The notes below the pieces were generated by a model that saw only the letters and a program-made list of their open reading frames with translations, did not search any database and was not told where the DNA came from. This document shows positions 1-64,000 of a stretch of DNA of 64,000 bases, in pieces. Source of the stretch: Lytechinus pictus (lineage: Eukaryota); assembly GCF_037042905.1 (NCBI RefSeq), contig NC_087245.1, positions 5,892,001 through 5,956,000 on the forward strand, written 5' to 3'. How positions within the stretch are numbered: the stretch's first letter is position 1; each line of letters begins with the position of its first letter. The position numbers and the translations under genes were made by a program.

Positions 1-496
1 AAAATGCTATGTGAAAACTGACTATCACACACATAAACTTTTGTGGGTATTACTTGACATGCAGCTGACTACCAGAACTCTTGCTAAAATCATATTACAT
101 ACTTTATGCATAGTGAGAGGATAGAAGACATATAATTTCATATTTGACTATGGAAGCCATGAAAAAAAACGTAAAGTTGTAAAATCTCTCAAACACTACC
201 ATGATATATTTACATAGATTATATTTTTTGTTTATATGAAATAAATCATGAAAAGACAAGAATACCCTGTAATTAAAATGAAATAAGAAATATGTGTAAA
301 TATATTTATACCTTTAATAATCATTTACATATACTTTACTCATACCAATATACTACACAAGTTAATCCTAAAACATTACTGATTTATGTTACTTTATAAG
401 GTGTTAATTTTGTTAGAATGAACAGCAGACAATTATGTTATAATACTAAGCAAGTTCCTTGGCAGTAGTGCATTAAGGCCTACTAATGAATTTTCA

Positions 497-1391
497 TTTA
501 TTAACAACAGTCCATAAGAAATTATACATACTTTGAAAGGCAAAGAGTGGAGATGAGGATCATTCATTTTAAGCTCTATGTTAATCTAAACCATAATAAA
601 AATTGCATGATACTCACACATGGGAAAAAACTTTCATGACAGATAGTAAATTACTTTACTGAGAACAAGAAAACAACAGTTTAATATAAAAATTACAATG
701 AACACACATTTAAGGAAATCATATTACTGTAGTCTTTATAATAACAATTTTTCATCATACAAAATAAGAATATATATATAAATATACATTCAATTCTAAA
801 AAGTACTGTTATATCTTGCAGGTACTATATCAAAGTAGATGAATTAAAACATTATTTTACTTGTACATGAAATTAAAGCTGTATCAATGAACCTGATATG
901 TACAAGTACAAATCGCACCAAGAAAGATTGAATAAACAAGCCAAGGTGATTCCTAATTAATGTTGTGATAATTCCAATGTGGGTATGTACTTCGATATCA
1001 TTTTGACTTAAACATCATATAAGGTTTAAAAATTTGCATACATTTTGCATATCTACATATTCTGAAGTCATAAACAAGATGTACACAAACAATCAACCAA
1101 TTGAATATTGTATTTTTATAATATAAAACACATTATTTGATGTTCAATTCAATGAGGCAACATAAAAAAATAAAAAGCTATCTTCATGTAGTATAACCTG
1201 CAAAGCATTCTGGAAGAGCTGCTTCAGCCATACGGTCAGCTAATCATCTCCTGAAGCATCTTGATGGTGATTTCCAATGACAAATTTGCTTTCGGCTTAG
1301 CGGATACAAGGAGAGCAGTAGCTAAAACAATTCTCAGTGAAAATCACTCACAAATTGCTACATGAAATGCTTCACAGGTAGCATGGATTGA
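497..1391 (-). other. Probable 3' UTR with a candidate AATAAA at 502-497
   Basis: AT-rich sequence downstream of the stop; tttatt on + at 497-502; the true end is unknown. Confidence 0.35.
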
Positions 1392-63677
<62,286 letters not shown>

Positions 63678-64000
63678 CTGTTAAAAAGAGAAATTAATCG
63701 TATTAATGCTTCCATATCTCTTTGTCTATAGTAGAAATTTAGAAAACAACCCATTCTCATTCTTTTATATTCCCCGTGAGATGATATGATTTCAGAGTGT
63801 TCCTCAGACTATCAATACATGGCAATAATACAGTATATACCATAAAGTACGTTCTACACTATAATACCAAGTACAACATTCAGTTGTAACATCCATAGTC
63901 ACGCATGATCGTCATCATCATCACCATTATCATCCTAACCCCATCCTTATCCCCATCATGTTTGAAGTAAAACAAAATAGGATGACGGCAGCTTGCAAAT

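Overview
AT-rich, intron-rich animal genomic DNA. The repeat content suggests an invertebrate deuterostome such as a sea urchin (inference only). Almost the whole window is one minus-strand multi-exon gene whose 5' end lies beyond position 64000. I traced 76 GT-AG exons by hand from 63677 to the stop at 1392; they total 11,816 nt and join in one open frame of about 3,940 aa. Predicted type I membrane protein, N to C: Ser/Thr/Glu-rich mucin-like region, five 4-Cys LDLa modules alternating with linker exons, two micro-exons, a 7-Cys LDLa, 2 Sushi/CCP, 2 cbEGF, NIDO-AMOP-vWD (GDPH), an Ig/cadherin-like segment, about 20 EGF, SEA-like, 12 EGF, SEA, EGF, SEA, 3 EGF, TM helix, and a Tyr-rich tail of about 190 aa. 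It resembles a MUC4/SUSD2-type mucin with a fibrillin-like stalk. Introns carry non-autonomous piggyBac-like and Kolobok-like elements, MITEs, a Helentron/HINE-like element, L2/CR1 LINE fragments, tRNA-derived SINEs, a near-perfect 52-bp minisatellite and a candidate Penelope-type minimal hammerhead ribozyme. No CRISPR array, rRNA or prokaryotic system is present. Most entries in the supplied ORF track are exon-plus-intron read-through or noise. All exon boundaries are manual predictions without transcript support.
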